DNA of 47,025 nucleotides from an uncultured Candidatus Saccharibacteria bacterium (GTDB lineage Bacteria; Patescibacteriota; Saccharimonadia; Saccharimonadales; Saccharimonadaceae): NCBI GenBank assembly GCA_963546555.1, contig CAUUND010000001.1, positions 1 to 47,025 of the forward strand, read 5' to 3'. Shown piece by piece: positions 45,302 to 47,025 of this stretch (position 1 is its first letter; each line of letters starts with the position of its first letter). The notes under the pieces were generated by a model. It saw only the letters and a program-made list of their open reading frames with translations, ran no database searches and was not told where the DNA came from. The position numbers and the translations under genes were made by a program.

Positions 45302-46396
45302 CTATAGCTCAACCTTAATCCCCGGACCCATGGTGGTAGAGATAGTTATGGACAGCATGTAGCTTCCTTTTAGCGTGGACGGTCGAGCTGACTTGAGACT
45401 ATTGATCAGAGTCTGAGCGTTCTGCTGCAGCTTGTCTGCGCCAAACGAGACTTTGCCGATACCCAAGTGAACGATGCCCTGCTTATCGACTCGATACTCT
45501 ATCTTACCCGCTTTCGCTTCTTTGACCGCCTGAACCGCATTGGCACTGACCGTACCCGCCTTGGGATTAGGCATCAACCCTCGTGGACCGAGCAGTCGAG
45601 CAAAACGACCTAGCTTCGGCATCAGCTGTGGAGTCGCCACCAGTACATCAAAGTCAAGCTTCTCTTTAGTAAGTAGGTCGATTATAGCCGACTCGCCTGC
45701 TATGTCGGCTCCGGCTTGCTTGACCGCTTTCACTTCGTCCTCGCCGACCATGGCAGCAACACGAACCGACTTGCCGGTGCCGTTCGGTAGAGTAACTGTA
45801 GCTCGGATGTTTTGGTCAGCCTGCTTCGGATCGACACCCAGCCTGACGTGCATCTCCACCGTACTATCAAACTTAGTCACTGCCGTCTCGGTAGCCAGCT
45901 TAACCGCTTCGGCCAGGCTGTACAGCTTAGCCTTATCAACCTTCTGAGCGACCTTCTTATAGGCTTTACTCTTGCGCTCCGCCAGAGGACGAGTCTTCGG
46001 CGCAGGACCACGCTGAATGTTCGCTTCATTATCGCCCTGCGGTGTAGTATCACCGGCCTCCTTACGAGCTTGACGCTCCGCCTCAGCCTCGGCCTCTTTG
46101 ACCGATTTCTCACTTCGCTTGCCTGCTTTAGCGTAGTGAACCGCCTCTTCGGCAGCCTGATCGGGCTCGGACTCAAGTTTAGAATTATCAGGTTGAACCT
46201 GCTTTACCTGTTCCGCCTCCTTGTCGACAGCCTCGCTCACTTCGTTAACTACCTGCTCCGCTTGATCGGCCACTTCTTTAGCCGACTCACGAGCCTGCTT
46301 GATCGCCTCAGTGATCTCAGCGACAGTGTTCTTTTCGCTGACGTCAAGCTTTAGCTCATCGGCTTCCACCAGCAGTTCGCTCTTAGTCTTTGCCAT
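45302..46396 (-). CDS. rplA: 50S ribosomal protein L1 with ~135-aa N-terminal extension
   Basis: KFDSTVEMHVRLGVDP, LPNGTGK, LGPRGLMPNPKAGTV, STTMGPG; GAAAGGAG SD. Confidence 0.97.
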   Translation of the reverse strand: MAKTKSELLVEADELKLDVSEKNTVAEITEAIKQARESAKEVADQAEQVVNEVSEAVDKEAEQVKQVQPDNSKLESEPDQAAEEAVHYAKAGKRSEKSVKEAEAEAERQARKEAGDTTPQGDNEANIQRGPAPKTRPLAERKSKAYKKVAQKVDKAKLYSLAEAVKLATETAVTKFDSTVEMHVRLGVDPKQADQNIRATVTLPNGTGKSVRVAAMVGEDEVKAVKQAGADIAGESAIIDLLTKEKLDFDVLVATPQLMPKLGRFARLLGPRGLMPNPKAGTVSANAVQAVKEAKAGKIEYRVDKQGIVHLGIGKVSFGADKLQQNAQTLINSLKSARPSTLKGSYMLSITISTTMGPGIKVEL

Positions 46397-46408
46397 ATCT
46401 CTCCTTTC

Positions 46409-46436
46409 GTGGTGCTGACGGCGCTTCGCCTCCCAC
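46409..46436 (-). promoter_or_regulatory. L1 autogenous binding site between rplK and rplA
   Basis: Minus strand GTGGGAGGCGAAGCGCCGTCAGCACCAC: GUGG/CCAC stem with a GAG internal loop just before the rplA SD. Confidence 0.65.
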
Positions 46437-46447
46437 AATTATTTTAA

Positions 46448-46876
46448 TTACTCTTCGACAGTGACACCCATTGATCGAGCTGTGCCACAGACAATCTTAG
46501 TTGCCGCCTCCAGGTCGTTAGCATTTAGAAACTGCATCTTTGACTTGGCAATCTCTTGTGCCTGCGCCATGGTAATCTTACCAACCTTATCGGACTGCGG
46601 TTTACCCGAGCCTTTTTTGATATGAGCCACTTCCCTGATCATATCGTCAACCGGCTGCCCTAGACACTCCCAGGTAAACTTCTTGCCTTCAAAAACCTTG
46701 ATATGGACGATCACGTCCTTACCCATCATATCCTTAGTCTTCTCGTTAAACGGGTTGATGAAATCCATCATATTGAGCCCCCACTGGCCCAGAGTTGAGC
46801 CAACGGGTGGACCGGCCGTTGCCCGACCCGCCGGGATACGAAGCTTTAGATTGCCCAGTACCTTTTGTTTTGCCAT
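46448..46876 (-). CDS. rplK: 50S ribosomal protein L11
   Basis: IPAGRATAGPPVGSTLGQWGLN, GSGKP..VGKIT, GTARSMG. Confidence 0.97.
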   Translation of the reverse strand: MAKQKVLGNLKLRIPAGRATAGPPVGSTLGQWGLNMMDFINPFNEKTKDMMGKDVIVHIKVFEGKKFTWECLGQPVDDMIREVAHIKKGSGKPQSDKVGKITMAQAQEIAKSKMQFLNANDLEAATKIVCGTARSMGVTVEE

Positions 46877-46975
46877 ACTTAATATTCCTCTCTCTACATA
46901 GAAGTGCGTAACATCAGTATCATACCACAGTTATCCCTACTGCGCCAGCATTCAGACCCTTTCCGGGCAGCCTCA

Positions 46976-47025
46976 CTACTTCAGATAGTCACCGACGTAG
47001 ACAAACTGAGTCTTGGTGTCTGGAT
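46976..47025 (-). CDS. Possible 3' end of an upstream gene (..PDTKTQFVYVGDYLK*)
   Basis: Short open frame from the window edge to TAG; not NusG-like. Confidence 0.35.
   Translation of the reverse strand, partial: PDTKTQFVYVGDYLK

Overview
A 47 kb chromosomal window at roughly 50% GC using genetic code 11. It is most likely from a Saccharibacteria (TM7/CPR) epibiont; this is inferred from a zinc-less RecR, an L1 with a long N-terminal extension and the compact gene set. Housekeeping content: Rrf2 regulator (truncated by the window edge), tRNA-Gln, ackA, tgt, AI-2E transporter, cysS, a DHH/NrnA phosphoesterase, recR-ybaB, dnaB-dnaX, a DsbA-like protein, rplJ-rplL with an L10 leader, and rplK-rplA with an L1 operator. 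Accessory content: an apparently intact IS30 with terminal inverted repeats and a 3-bp target duplication, a ThaI-family restriction-modification pair with matching CGCG depletion, two GT-C-like membrane proteins, an M16-like gene pair, a low-GC ASCH/GNAT/ASCH islet beside an IS remnant, a streptococcal-type VncRS-Vex locus, a divergent RelA/SpoT homologue and an NlpC/P60 protein. Two features stand out. (1) A ~520-nt unit at 2010-2542 has its own promoter and terminator and folds into about 11 back-to-back hairpins while also carrying a 121-aa orphan ORF. (2) A tandem array of three ~1000-aa paralogues has variable N-termini, duplicated promoters and a conserved C-terminal H..STS..NE domain resembling ADP-ribosyltransferases, a candidate effector/toxin family. 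Many genes look leaderless, with a -10 box 6-9 nt before the start codon. All calls come from reading the sequence by eye; no searches were run.
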